Source: an uncultured Actinomycetota bacterium (GTDB taxonomy: Bacteria > Actinomycetota > Actinomycetes > Streptomycetales > Streptomycetaceae). Taken from it: a DNA stretch of 64,000 bases. The notes under the pieces are model-generated. The model had not been told where the DNA came from. It saw only the letters and a list, made by a program, of their open reading frames with translations, and did not search any database. Each line of letters opens with the position of its first letter. Position 1 is the first letter of the stretch. Shown here piece after piece: positions 27,964-38,214 of this stretch. The stretch is taken from assembly GCA_963756705.1 (NCBI GenBank), contig CAVWOS010000009.1, positions 18,120 to 82,119 of the forward strand, written 5' to 3'. Both the position numbers and the translations under genes were made by a program.

Positions 27964-28107
27964 TCTGTGGCCGCGTCGGGATGGTGTTGGTGTAGGCATG
28001 AACTTCTCCGTCCGGGTCCGCTGTCAGCGCCATCTGGTGATCTGCGCTGCGGCGTGAGGCTAGGGACTACGGCCCGAAAATCGGCAGAGCCTGTGTATTA
28101 ACCACGT

Positions 28108-28162
28108 ACAGCAAATAGGGGCGCGGATACGGCGATTGCGTATCCGTGCCCCTATTTGCTGT
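28108..28162. repeat. 24-bp inverted repeat (1 mismatch) in a divergent intergenic region
   Basis: ACAGCAAATAGGGGCGCGGATACG-GCGATTG-CGTATCCGTGCCCCTATTTGCTGT. Confidence 0.9.
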
Positions 28163-28296
28163 GTCGGGTCAGTGTGCGGGCCGCTGGAATTTCCGGCCGG
28201 ACGTGCTCTGGTCGTATCCGTGCCGGCACACAAGGCTCGCCGGCGCCGTCGTGCACCCCCACGGCGACGACCCAACCTGGACACGAGGCCACCCAC

Positions 28297-29126
28297 ATGC
28301 CAGAGACCACCCTGCCTGCCGCCGAGGCTGCCGCGCTTGCTGAGCACGAGGCTGTCATCGACCGCGGCATCAAGACGTACTTCGAGGTCGGCGCCGCGCT
28401 GGCGGACATCCGTGACCGGCGCCTGTACCGGGCCAGCTACGCGACGTTCGAGCAGTACGCCGAACGGCGCTGGCAGATGAGCCGGGGCCGCGCCTACCAG
28501 ATGATCGAAGCGGCTGACGCGGTGTCTACAATTGTAGACACCGGAGCGCCTACACCGGCGAACGAGGGCCAGGCCCGGGAACTCTCGCGCGTCCCGGAGC
28601 CGGAACGCGCCGAGGTGTGGGCCGAGACGGTCGAGCGCACCGAGGGTCGGCCCACCGCGGCCGCCGTCCGTGACACCTACCAGCTGCGGCAGCAGCCGGA
28701 CGCCGACCCGCTCATGGATGCCGACCCGCCCTTGCGGATGTCGGCCCACTGGCGGATGTCGACCTGCCCGCGGACTCTGGCTGGGCGCCCCGGCCGGAGC
28801 CCGTGTCTGTGCCTGTGTCAGTGCCTGAGTCGAAGGTCAGGCGGCGCCCGCTGCCCGAGGTGTTCACCGACGCCGTCCGCGACCTCACGCGTGCCGCCGA
28901 GCGCCTGGAGCGCCTCACCGGCGATGACCGGTTCGCCAAGAACCGGGACGTCACGCAGGTTCCCGAGCTCATCGGCGCCCTGGAGCGCACCACGCACTTC
29001 GTCGAGGCCCTCGATCTCCCCGACGCCGAGGCGAGCGAGGAGGCCCGCCGCTGGTGGGCGACGGGCCTGCTCTCGATCAGCGACGCCCTCGCCGATGTCG
29101 CCCGCACCATCGAAGAGGAGCGGTAA
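28297..29126 (+). CDS. phage/plasmid HTH DNA-binding protein (frameshift near 28740-28800)
   Basis: EVGAALADIRDRRLYRASYATFEQYAERRWQMSRGRAYQMIEAA; related to the HTH segment of 24090..25301. Confidence 0.7.
28521..28542. repeat. perfect 22-bp intragenic palindrome
   Basis: GGTGTCTACAATTGTAGACACC, encodes VSTIVDT. Confidence 0.9.
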
Positions 29127-29932
29127 TGCCGACTCGTAAGGCGCTCGACATCGAGATCGTCACGGTCACCCCTGACCTCGCCACGGAGTGGCTCGCCCGC
29201 AACGGGCACAACCGGCCGCTGCGCCAGCGCGCTGTCACCGACTACGCCCGCGACATGGATTCCGGGCACTGGCTCCAGAACGGCGAGGCGATCAAATTTG
29301 CCTCCGACGGCACCCTCCTGGACGGACAGCACCGCCTCCACGCCGTCGTCATGTCCGGTGCCGATGTCGTGATGCTCGTGGTCCGCGGGCTGCCCATGTC
29401 CACGCAGGAAACGATGGACGCAGGTCGCAGGCGCACCACGGCCGACGCCTTCGGGCTGCGCGGTGAGGTCAACGCCACGGTCCTTGCGGCCGTCGCCAGA
29501 CGGGTCTGGATGTGGGAGCAGGGCGACTACAAGTTCGTCGCCAACTACACGCCCACCATGGCGGAATGCTCCGACCTCCTCAGGAGGCGACCGGAGATCT
29601 ACCGGTCGGTGGAGGTCGCTGTCCGCACTCACCAGGCGTTCCGGTACGTCCCGCGGTCCATCACCGGCACCTGCCATCACCTGTTCTCCCGCATCTCCGC
29701 TACGGACGCGCAGTGGTTTTTCGCCCGGCTTGCCGACGGCGCCGATCTCCCTGCCGGCCACCCCGTCCTGACCCTGCGGAACCGGGCCACGACCGAGCGG
29801 ACCGAACACCGCCACGTACCGGACCACCGGTTCACCGCCTACCTCATCCGGGCCTGGAACGCCGTCCGCGAGGACCGCACCCTCCACAAGATCATCCAGG
29901 CCCCCGACGCACCCATGCCCATGCCCAGGTGA
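29126..29932 (+). CDS. DGQHR/ParB-N-like domain protein
   Basis: NRPLRQRAV..YARDM..W..NGEAIKF..LLDGQHRLHAVV; TAATG coupling to the upstream gene. Confidence 0.8.
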   Translation: MPTRKALDIEIVTVTPDLATEWLARNGHNRPLRQRAVTDYARDMDSGHWLQNGEAIKFASDGTLLDGQHRLHAVVMSGADVVMLVVRGLPMSTQETMDAGRRRTTADAFGLRGEVNATVLAAVARRVWMWEQGDYKFVANYTPTMAECSDLLRRRPEIYRSVEVAVRTHQAFRYVPRSITGTCHHLFSRISATDAQWFFARLADGADLPAGHPVLTLRNRATTERTEHRHVPDHRFTAYLIRAWNAVREDRTLHKIIQAPDAPMPMPR

Positions 29933-30285
29933 GCCGGCACGGCGAACCGGGGGTGCGGACACGACGGTTGCGCCCGCGCTTCCGCGCCTCATCGGCGCCG
30001 CCGTCGGCGCCGGGGTCTGCATGGGATTCCGGTCCGCTAGGCGCGGACGGAGCCGGCCACCACCGGTCTGCGCGGCGACCGCCGCCCACCCGGCCGGTCC
30101 GCTGATCCTCCCCGGGGACGACCCCACCCGCGAACGCCCCTGATCCTGTCCCGCCTCGGCGGGCCGACCACCGGCAGCGCCAACCGCCCGCCCGTCCGAT
30201 CAACCCGGCCGGCGCCGCGTGCCCAACCCCCAATCCCCCGAGGGGAGCCACCCCTCGGGAAACCGGAAGACAAGCGGAGAAGAAA

Positions 30286-30684
30286 TTGAGAACCAAACGA
30301 AGAATAGCCCGTGCTATTCCCGTCGCTGCGGCGGGTTGTGTGGCGCTTCTGGCCGCCACCGCTGTACCCGCGCACGCTGAGGACACCCCGTGGGTGTACG
30401 CGTCCAATCACGGCGCGAAAGGCCGGTTCATCGACAACGGAGATCTGATCACGGTCTGCGACATCAAGTCGGACGGCTACAAGGCAATCCTCTGGATCTG
30501 GGACACCCAGACTCCCAAGATCCAGTGGTATCGCGATGACGGCTACAACAACGGAAAGTGCACCACCAAAGTCTCGCCGCTCGTCATGGTACGGAACGAC
30601 GACTACGAGATTCAGGTCTGCATCGCCCACTACACCTACAGCATCCACTGCGGGAAACCGCACGGGTTCCACAACTACAGCTGA
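30286..30684 (+). CDS. small secreted protein with 4 Cys in the mature part
   Basis: signal peptide ending AHA; GGAG SD; TTG start. Confidence 0.65.
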   Translation: MRTKRRIARAIPVAAAGCVALLAATAVPAHAEDTPWVYASNHGAKGRFIDNGDLITVCDIKSDGYKAILWIWDTQTPKIQWYRDDGYNNGKCTTKVSPLVMVRNDDYEIQVCIAHYTYSIHCGKPHGFHNYS

Positions 30685-30765
30685 GGGTGCCGGCCACCCC
30701 GAATCCAGATAACCGATGCCTCGGTTGACGCGTGAGGCAGGAAATCCTCAATCAAGGAGTACAGG

Positions 30766-31131
30766 ATGAACGTCGCGCTGTGGATCGCCGCCGGACTGCT
30801 GGCCACAGTGGCCCTGGCCGGTGGTATCAGCAAGACTTTCGTGCCCAAGGAGAGCCTGGCCAGGGCCCGTGGCGGGGAGTGGACCGCAGGTGTCGGTGCC
30901 GGTTTCGTGAAATCCCTCGGCATTCTTGAACTCCTCGCTGCGGCGGGCCTGATCCTGCCCGCCACACTCGATATCGCGCCGGTGCTCGTGCCGGTGACTG
31001 CCGTCTGCTGGGTCGCCCTGATGATCGGCGCGATGATCACCCATGGCCGCCGCGGTCAGCTCACATTCATGGCGGTCAACCTGATCTATCTCGCGCTCGC
31101 CGTATTCATCGCGGCAGGCAGATTCGGATGA
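30766..31131 (+). CDS. DoxX-family membrane protein
   Basis: MNVALWIAAGLLA..IGILELLAAAGLILP..GAMITHGRR; AAGGAG SD. Confidence 0.85.
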   Translation: MNVALWIAAGLLATVALAGGISKTFVPKESLARARGGEWTAGVGAGFVKSLGILELLAAAGLILPATLDIAPVLVPVTAVCWVALMIGAMITHGRRGQLTFMAVNLIYLALAVFIAAGRFG

Positions 31132-31421
31132 CCCCAACACCCTCCGCCCACGACGAGTCCCGCGCCTGGGTGGGCGCTGCCTAGACGCCGCGGTGATCCC
31201 CGCAGCAGGCAAAGCCGTCCCGATCGGCCCCGACCGTCAGATCGAGCACGCCGCCCCCGCCTGAGTGCCGGCCCGCGCGCCACCCCGACCGCCAGAGGGC
31301 GAGGTGGCGCGCCGGCCGCAAGGCCCCGGGCGCCGATCTGTTGGCGAGTGCCTATCCCGCTGGCCGACGGATATCGATCCGGCCTCCCGGAATTTCACAT
31401 CAGCGCGAACGGAAAGAAATC

Positions 31422-32354
31422 ATGAGGGTTCTTATTGCTGGAGCCACCGGTGCTATCGGCTCCCGGATCTCCGCCCAGCTTCTCAGCGCGGGCCATGACG
31501 TCATCGGTCTTACCCGCACCAATCGTGGCGCGTTCGCACTCGCCCGCGCGGGCGTTAAGCCGATCGTCGTGGATGCGCTGCACCGGCCGAGTCTGCTGCG
31601 CGCGCTGGAGTCGGTGTCGGCGGATGTGGTCGTCCACCAGATGACCTCGCTCACCAGGGCGCCGGCCCGCCACAGCGACATGGCTCAGACAAACCGGCTT
31701 CGGACTCGTGGCACCGAGAATCTCCTTGCGGCAGCCCGGCTGATCGGCGCGGGCCGATTCGTCACCCAATCAATCGTCATGGGATACGGATACACCGATC
31801 ACGGGGCCACGGAGCTCACAGAGACCGACCCGTACGGCGCAGAGCCACACGGCAGGTGCGCCCCGCACGTGGCCGCGATGCTCACCAACGAGCAACTGGT
31901 CAAGTCGGCCACGGACATGGACGGAATCGCTCTGCGCTACGGCATGTTCTACGGCGCGGACATGCCGAAGATAATCGACTTGCTCAAGAAACGGCGCCTG
32001 CCGATCCCGGCACAAGAAAGGGGCAATCTGCTGCCCTGGATTCATATCGATGATGCTGCAGCAGCCACTGTACTGACAATTTCCCGGGGGAGAGCCGGTG
32101 AAGCCTACAACATCACTGACGAACTCCCGTGTTCCTGGGGGCAGTTCTTCAGCGAAATGGCCGAGAAATTCGGAACTCCGGCCCCCAGGACTCTTCCTGC
32201 TTGGGTGATCCGTATGGCTGCGCCCTATATCGGGGCCCTCGTCCTCGACACCAGCATGCGAGTCTCGACCGCCAAAGCCAGACACGACTTGGGTTGGCGG
32301 CCCGTCTATCCCGAGTACCGGGATGGATTCGCGGCATACGCCGCGGCCGCGTAG
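31422..32354 (+). CDS. NAD-dependent epimerase/dehydratase family protein
   Basis: MRVLIAGATGAIG, LRYGMFYG, PWIHIDDAAAA. Confidence 0.9.
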   Translation: MRVLIAGATGAIGSRISAQLLSAGHDVIGLTRTNRGAFALARAGVKPIVVDALHRPSLLRALESVSADVVVHQMTSLTRAPARHSDMAQTNRLRTRGTENLLAAARLIGAGRFVTQSIVMGYGYTDHGATELTETDPYGAEPHGRCAPHVAAMLTNEQLVKSATDMDGIALRYGMFYGADMPKIIDLLKKRRLPIPAQERGNLLPWIHIDDAAAATVLTISRGRAGEAYNITDELPCSWGQFFSEMAEKFGTPAPRTLPAWVIRMAAPYIGALVLDTSMRVSTAKARHDLGWRPVYPEYRDGFAAYAAAA

Positions 32355-32377
32355 TGCATCGCGAGCGAACAAGGAGC

Positions 32378-32441
32378 GTGATAGCCGGCGCATCCCCCGA
32401 CGCCGCGTACCGCGGACTGACCCGCTGGCAGGCGGTCCCGC
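32378..32441 (+). pseudogene. orphaned original 5' end of the APC permease gene
   Basis: AAGGAG SD plus GTG at 32378 gives MIAGASPDAAYRGLTRWQAVP, matching the permease TM1 lead-in at 34738. Confidence 0.7.
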
Positions 32442-32522
32442 CGGCCGGCGGGCGGGCCTCGCCGCACGCTCGGCCTGGCCGTCTAAGCCCAGAACAACAA
32501 CGTCAGCCCGGAGAAGAACCTG

Positions 32523-33524
32523 ATGACCGCCTATCGACTCGCCATCACCGTCCCTGGCATCCCACCGGCGACCCGCACCATCACCGCGGGTCCCGGCGAC
32601 CTCGCGCAAGCCGTGCACGGCCACGTCCGCGGGCTTCTCGGCAGTGCCCGCGTCGACATCCGTCTCGACCCCGACGCGCTCGCCGGGGAGATCACCAACC
32701 ACGGCGTGGCCGCGGGGACGTTCGCGCTGGCCCCCGAGGTGTCTGCCCCGGCGCGGCGCGGCCGAGTGCCGATGCACGGTTACAGTGCCGCGGCCATCGA
32801 CGATGTCGCCCGGCATGCGATCGCTCTCGACCGCTGGCGCAGTGGCGATGTCGAGGAGCGTACGGCGGTGGCGAGGTTCGCCATCGTCGAGCATCTGTGC
32901 ACGGCGGAGGAGCCGGTGACGCGCCGCGAGTTGATCGGGGTCGGGCTGCGCGCCGCGGACCGGTATGTCGTGCGCGAGATGCACCACCACGGCTGGGACA
33001 TCGACAACGTCGCCGCGGGGGGCGGTGCCATGGCCGGCTATCAGCGCTACTGGCAGGCCGGCCCCGGTGCTTCTCCGGAGCGCGGCGTCGTCGAACGCGC
33101 GGCGCTCGCGCAGATCTGGCCGCAGCTCACCCCGCGGCAGCGGCAGGCGCTGGAAGCGCTGCGGGACGCCGGTGACTACGCGCAGGCCGCTGCGTCCTTG
33201 GGGGTCACCGACGGCACGTTCCGGGTGCTGATCAGCAGCGCCCGGCGCCGGTTCCTGCTGTGGTGGCATGAGGGGGAGACGCCGTCGAAGACGTGGCGGA
33301 CGGACCGGCACCTGTACTCCCGTGACGGGATGTGCCGCGGGAAGCGGCAGTTGACCGTGTCCGAGGTGGAGCGGCTGCGGGACCGCTACCAGGACGAGGA
33401 AGGGCCGACGCTCACCGTGCTCGCCGCCGAGGTGGGGGTTCACAAGTCGACACTGTCGGCGCTGCTTCGGGGTCGTACGCGGCCGGCCCCTGATCCGGTC
33501 GATGAGGCGGCTGATGCGGCATGA
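32523..33524 (+). CDS. sigma-70 region-4-like protein with a second C-terminal HTH
   Basis: SPERGVVERAALAQIWPQLTPRQRQAL..YAQAAASLGVTDGTFRVLISSARRRF; TLTVLAAEVGVHKSTLSALLRG. Confidence 0.7.
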   Translation: MTAYRLAITVPGIPPATRTITAGPGDLAQAVHGHVRGLLGSARVDIRLDPDALAGEITNHGVAAGTFALAPEVSAPARRGRVPMHGYSAAAIDDVARHAIALDRWRSGDVEERTAVARFAIVEHLCTAEEPVTRRELIGVGLRAADRYVVREMHHHGWDIDNVAAGGGAMAGYQRYWQAGPGASPERGVVERAALAQIWPQLTPRQRQALEALRDAGDYAQAAASLGVTDGTFRVLISSARRRFLLWWHEGETPSKTWRTDRHLYSRDGMCRGKRQLTVSEVERLRDRYQDEEGPTLTVLAAEVGVHKSTLSALLRGRTRPAPDPVDEAADAA

Positions 33525-34718
33525 CAACCGCGGAGCCCGCCAACCCCGTAGACGACACCACGTTCACCCGGCCCCTGATCAAGGCCCTTCAGGGGCAGAT
33601 CGACGTGCTGGCCGCGACGATTCCCGGGCCGGACGCGCACCGCGTGGCGAGCGCCTGGGTGTACACCAGCATGCTGGCCGCGTGGTGCGAGGACCACGGC
33701 CTGACCCCGACGCGGCTGCGCGCCGACGCCGAGCCGGCGCGCAACGAGCACCAAGCCGCAGGCGGCAGCATGCTGAGCTGGCTGGGTCTCGCGTTCGCCG
33801 ACCTGACCGCGCACCCGGCAACCGCGTGCCTGCTCGACCCCCGCTACAACCCGGCCACCGCGGGCGCTCCGTCGGAGGACGCCGCCCGCGGCCTGATCGA
33901 GCTGGTGGTCCACCGACGCGCCCGACCTGGTCTACCCGACGGGGAGGGGCCCGGCGTCGATCACCGGGTGGCTGGCCGGCGACATGCTCCAGCTTGTCAC
34001 CAGCGAGCGGCGCCTGGCCAACGCCCTGTGCCAGACGCCGTGGTGGGTCGCGGACTTCCTGTGCGAGCGGACCCTGCTCCCCGCGATGTCCGAATGGCCC
34101 GGCGAGCGGCTGCGCGTCATCGACCCCGCCTGCGGGACCGGCCACATCCTCATCTGGATGCTCATCGGCCTGTACCGGTGGTACCGGTCCGACGGCCCCG
34201 GACACCCTGCCTGCACCCCGCAGCACGCGATCCGCCGCGCCCTGTCCGGCCTGCACGGCGTGGAACTCGACCCGCTCACCGCCGCAGTCGCCCGCCTCCG
34301 CGTCCTGGTGACCGCAGGCGCGCTGCTCGCCGGCGACGAAGGGCTGCCCGGCCCGCTGCGCCTCGCCTCGATCCCGCACGAGTGGCGGCCCCGGATCGCG
34401 GTCGGCAACAGCCTCCTGGCCGGCCTCGACGATCCGTGCCCGCCCGGCACGATCCTGGACGACACCGCCGACTACCCGCACATCCTCAAACGCGGCACCT
34501 ACCACGCCGTCATCGCCAACCCCCCGTACATCACCGTCAAAGACCCGGTGGTCAACGCGGCAATCCGGACCGCCTACAGCAACGTGTGCTCCGGCAAGTA
34601 CAGCCTCAGCGTGCCGTTCACCGTGCTGCTCTTCGACCTCGCGATCCGCGGCCGCCACACCGCCGCCGTACCGGAAGCCCCCGAGCAGCTCGGCCTCTTC
34701 CCGGAAACGGCCGCCTGA
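33521..34718 (+). CDS. short (~400 aa) PglX/BREX-2-like N6-adenine DNA methyltransferase (frameshift near 33900)
   Basis: ALCQTPWWVADFLCERTLLPA, IDPACGTGH motif I, GVELDP, ANPPYITVKD..CSGKYSLSVPF. Confidence 0.75.
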
Positions 34719-35992
34719 TGCCCCCGGCCCCGCGCACCGCGGACTGACCCGCTGGCAGGCGGTCCCGCTGGCCATCGGGTCGATCGCCGGCTCCGGCATC
34801 CTCTTCCTGCCGTCGGCGGTGTACTCGCGGGCGGGCCACAACAGCCTGCTGGTGTGGGCGGCCTCGACGCTGCTGTGCCTGCCGATGCTGCTGATGTTCG
34901 ACGACATGGTCCGCAGCAACCCCGGCGGCCGCGGCATCGAGGCGTTCATCCGGCTGGGGCTGGGCGAGATGTTCGGCCGCTGCGTGCCGGTGATGTTCAT
35001 CGCGCTGGTCATCGTCGGCCTGCCGTCCGGCGCGTTCGTCGCCGGACGCTACGTCGCCCAGGCGTTCGACGTGGGCCGCACCGTGACGATCGTCATCGCG
35101 GCGGCCGTGCTGGCCGCCGCGGTGCTGGTCAACCTGATCGGCGCGCGGGCCAGCACCCGGGTGCAGACCGCGGCCACCTGGGGCCTGGTGCTGGTGGCCA
35201 CCGCGCTGCTGGTCTCCGCCATCCCCTCGGTGCACCACGGCCTGCACACCGTCTCACCCACCAGCAGCCACCTGGACGTGGTGCTGCCCGGGGTACTGCT
35301 GGCCTTCTGGGCGTTCGCCGGATTCGAGAACCTGACCTTCCTCGCCCGGGAGTTCCGCGACCCCGAACGCGACTTCCTGCCGGTCAGCGCCCTCGCGCTG
35401 GCCGTCTACGGCGTGTTCACCATCCTGCTCACCGTGGCCATCGCCGTCACCGTGCCCCGCGCCGACGTCGACCAGGTGGTCGGGCTGCTCCAGCTCGCCA
35501 AGGCCGTCGGCTACGGAAAGATCGTCATCTGGGCCGTCACGTTCATCGCCTGCTGCGCCATGCTGCTCAACGCGGTCGCGTGGGTCTGGGGCGTCTCCCA
35601 ACTGGTGCGCGACGCGGCGGACAACGGCATGCTGCCGGCCGCGTTCGCCTCCTCACAGGGGGAGTCCGGCGCACGCCGGAGCCTGGCCCTGCTGGTCGGC
35701 CTGTTCTGCGTGACCTCGGTGGTCCTGGGCTTCCGGCCCTCCACCGTCGTCGACACCACCGCCACCGCCAGCGCGATCTTCATGCTGCTCTACATCCTGA
35801 GCATCATCTCCTACCTGCGGGTGCGCGGCCTGACCGTGCGCTCCGGACTCAACCTGATCCTGCTGGTCGTCATCGTGATCAGCCTCGTCCAGTCCCGCTG
35901 GCAGGCGCTCTACGGGGTGATCGTGCTCCTGGCCGCGCTGGCCGTCCAACTCCTCCAGCGGCGCCGGGCCCGCGGCGCGCCCGCACCGGTGA
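34718..35992 (+). CDS. APC-family amino acid permease (start region reconstructed)
   Basis: GSIAGSGILFLP TM1 motif, FWAFAGFENLTFLAREFRDPER TM6 motif, about 12 TM segments. Confidence 0.85.
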
Positions 35993-36497
35993 CCGGGGCC
36001 TTGGACGAGTTGGACGCGCTGTTCGGCGGCGACGGCTGGACGCACGCGCGGCGGATCGAGGTCCGCGGCGGCTACGCCTCGGACCGTCAGGACCCGCGCT
36101 GGGCCTACTGGCAGGCGACCCGACAGGTCGAGGCGGACCCGGACCGTCCCTGGTACACGCTGGTGCGGCGGTTGCGGGGCGAGGGCAGGGTCATCGAGCG
36201 CGTACGGGTCGTGGACACCCCGCCGACCCTCGGCCAGCTCTACCTGCGGGCAGTGGCCAGGGCCGGGAACACCCCGGCGGGCGAGACGATCCGCGAACTC
36301 GGCCGGGCCCGAGCCCGTTGCTCGGGCTGGACCAGGACGTTTGGCTGTTCGACGGGCCCCGGCCGACCGTCGCGACGCTGCGCTTCAGCGCCCGCGACGA
36401 CCTGCTCGGCATCACGGTCTCCCGCACCCCGGCCGACATCGCGGCCGCCCGCCACCGCTGGCGGACCGCCTGGGACGCCACCGCGGAGCAGACATGA
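35989..36497 (+). CDS. DUF6879-like protein (frameshift near 36310)
   Basis: ARRIEVRGGY..W..G..IERVRVVDTPPT..YL..GETIR..DVWLFD pattern. Confidence 0.55.
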
Positions 36498-37830
36498 CCT
36501 CAACGGACAGTCCGAACGCCGGCAGACCCGCTGACGGATCGTCCCCTGAGCGCCGACCCCGCTGGGCCGCCGACCCCGACCCGACCCCTCAACCGGCCGG
36601 CCGGGCCCGCGGGCGGCACAAGCGCCCCCAAGAGGCCCGGCCTGTGCCGCTGCCCCAGCGGGTCGGCCAGTCGCTGGCGCTGCCCGTCGCCGCCCTGCCC
36701 GCAGCCGGGTTCCTGCTGCGCATGGGGCAGCCCGACCTGCTGGGACGCTGGCACCCGGTGCACACCCTGGCCGCCGTGTGCACGGCCGCGGGCAGCAGCG
36801 TGCTCGACAACCTCCCGCTGCTTTTTGCCCTCGGGCTGGGGCTCGGCCTGCCCCGGGGCAAGGACCGTACCGGCCCGGTCCTGGCCAGCGTCGTCTCCTA
36901 CCTCGTACTGACCCGAACCCTGCTGACCTTGTGTCCGCTCCCCGCGGGCCAGCCCGACAACATCCCTGCCCGATGGCCCTACGGCGCCCTGGGCGGTCTC
37001 CTCGCCGGACTCCTCGCGGTGTCCGTCTGGGGGCTGGTCGAGCGCCGGCGCATCCCGGCGTTCGCCGGCTACGGATTGGTCGCGGCCACAGCGGCGGGCA
37101 GCGGCTGGGCCCTCGCCCTGCCCTACCCGGCCGTCAACCGGGCCCTGACCGCGTTCGCTTCCACCAGCGCCCACCACCCGGTCATCGGTGGCGCGATGTT
37201 CGGCTTCCTGAATCGTGCCTTGCTACCGATTGGCCTTCATCAATTGCCGAATTCCGTCGTGTGGTGGCTTACCGGCCGTTGCCGGGCGGGCACGACAGGC
37301 GACATCCCGTGCTTTCTCGCTCACGACCCCCACGCGGGCACCTATCTTTCGGGATTTTTCCCGATCGCGATTTTCGCGCTGCCCGCCGCCGCACTGGCGA
37401 TGTGGCACTGCGCGCCGCCTGACCAGCGCCGCGCCGCGGCCCAGATTCTACTGCCCGCCGCTGCGATGTCGTTCGCGTTCGGGGTCACCGAGCCCTTGGA
37501 ATTGGCCTTCGCCTTCGTCGCGATTCGCCTCTACCTCGTCCACGCCGTGCTGACCGGCTCCTGCCTGGCATTTGTCAATTGGTTGGGCATCCACGACGGG
37601 TTCGTTTTCTCTGCCGGCGCCGCGGACTTCCTCTTCAACTGGCACTTGGCCACCCGTCCCTTGTGGCTGCTGCCCATCGGCGCGGCGTACGGCGTCATCT
37701 ATTACGTCCTGTTCCGGCTTCGCGATCGTCCACTTCGACCTGCCCACCCCGGGCCGGCTCGGACGAGGCGCCCCGACCATCCCGGACCCAGACCCCAGTC
37801 CATCGACGAGGGGACCCCGCCAGATGATCC
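36494..37830 (+). CDS. PTS EIIC component, GlcNAc/glucose family (NagE-like; frameshift near 37727; 3' end uncertain)
   Basis: QRVGQSLALPVAALPAAGFLLRMGQPD, NRALLPIGLHQ, GVTEPLE, FSAGAADF, F-D-LPTPGR tail. Confidence 0.85.
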
Positions 37831-38177
37831 GCCGCCCCGCGATCGAGACCGGCCACTACGGGCTCGGCGCGCTCTTCCCCCTGGTCGTCCTCGACCCGGC
37901 CGGCTGGTGGCAGCGCACGGTCACCGCCGTGCCCGAGCCCCATCCCGCCGGCGGCGGCCACGCACTGGTCCTGCGGTGGTGCGGGCCCGATCCCGAAGAG
38001 AACGCCGCCGAGGACCTGTTGATCCGGGCCGCCTGCGCAGCACCCGCTACTCCGGTATCCGCATCCGACGCCGTCACGTATCAGGCCGCCCTCCCCGCCC
38101 ATCTCCGGCTGATCGCGCTCCCCCTGGCCTGCGTCATCAGCCGCCGCCCCGGGGCACACCAGCCCGCCCGCCCCTAG
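37824..38177 (+). CDS. hypothetical protein
   Basis: GAGGGGA SD plus ATG at 37824. Confidence 0.45.
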   Translation: MIRRPAIETGHYGLGALFPLVVLDPAGWWQRTVTAVPEPHPAGGGHALVLRWCGPDPEENAAEDLLIRAACAAPATPVSASDAVTYQAALPAHLRLIALPLACVISRRPGAHQPARP

Positions 38178-38214
38178 CCCGTCGCACCCCGAATACGACC
38201 AACAGGAGCCACCC

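Larger units (their letters stand above)
32409..34768. mobile_element. 2.3-kb cassette bounded by identical 33-bp direct repeats; no recombinase inside
   Basis: ACCGCGGACTGACCCGCTGGCAGGCGGTCCCGC at 32409-32441 and 34736-34768. Confidence 0.75.

Noticed and set aside
33895-33950. Pgl-style G-tract phase variation in the mini-PglX
   Set aside because: The frameshift maps near 33900, not in a long homopolymer; the nearby GGGGAGGGG is interrupted.
34819-36534. APC permease-DUF6879 fusion
   Set aside because: The GTGA at 35989-35992 looks like a normal stop/start overlap displaced by an indel; it cannot be supported without resequencing.
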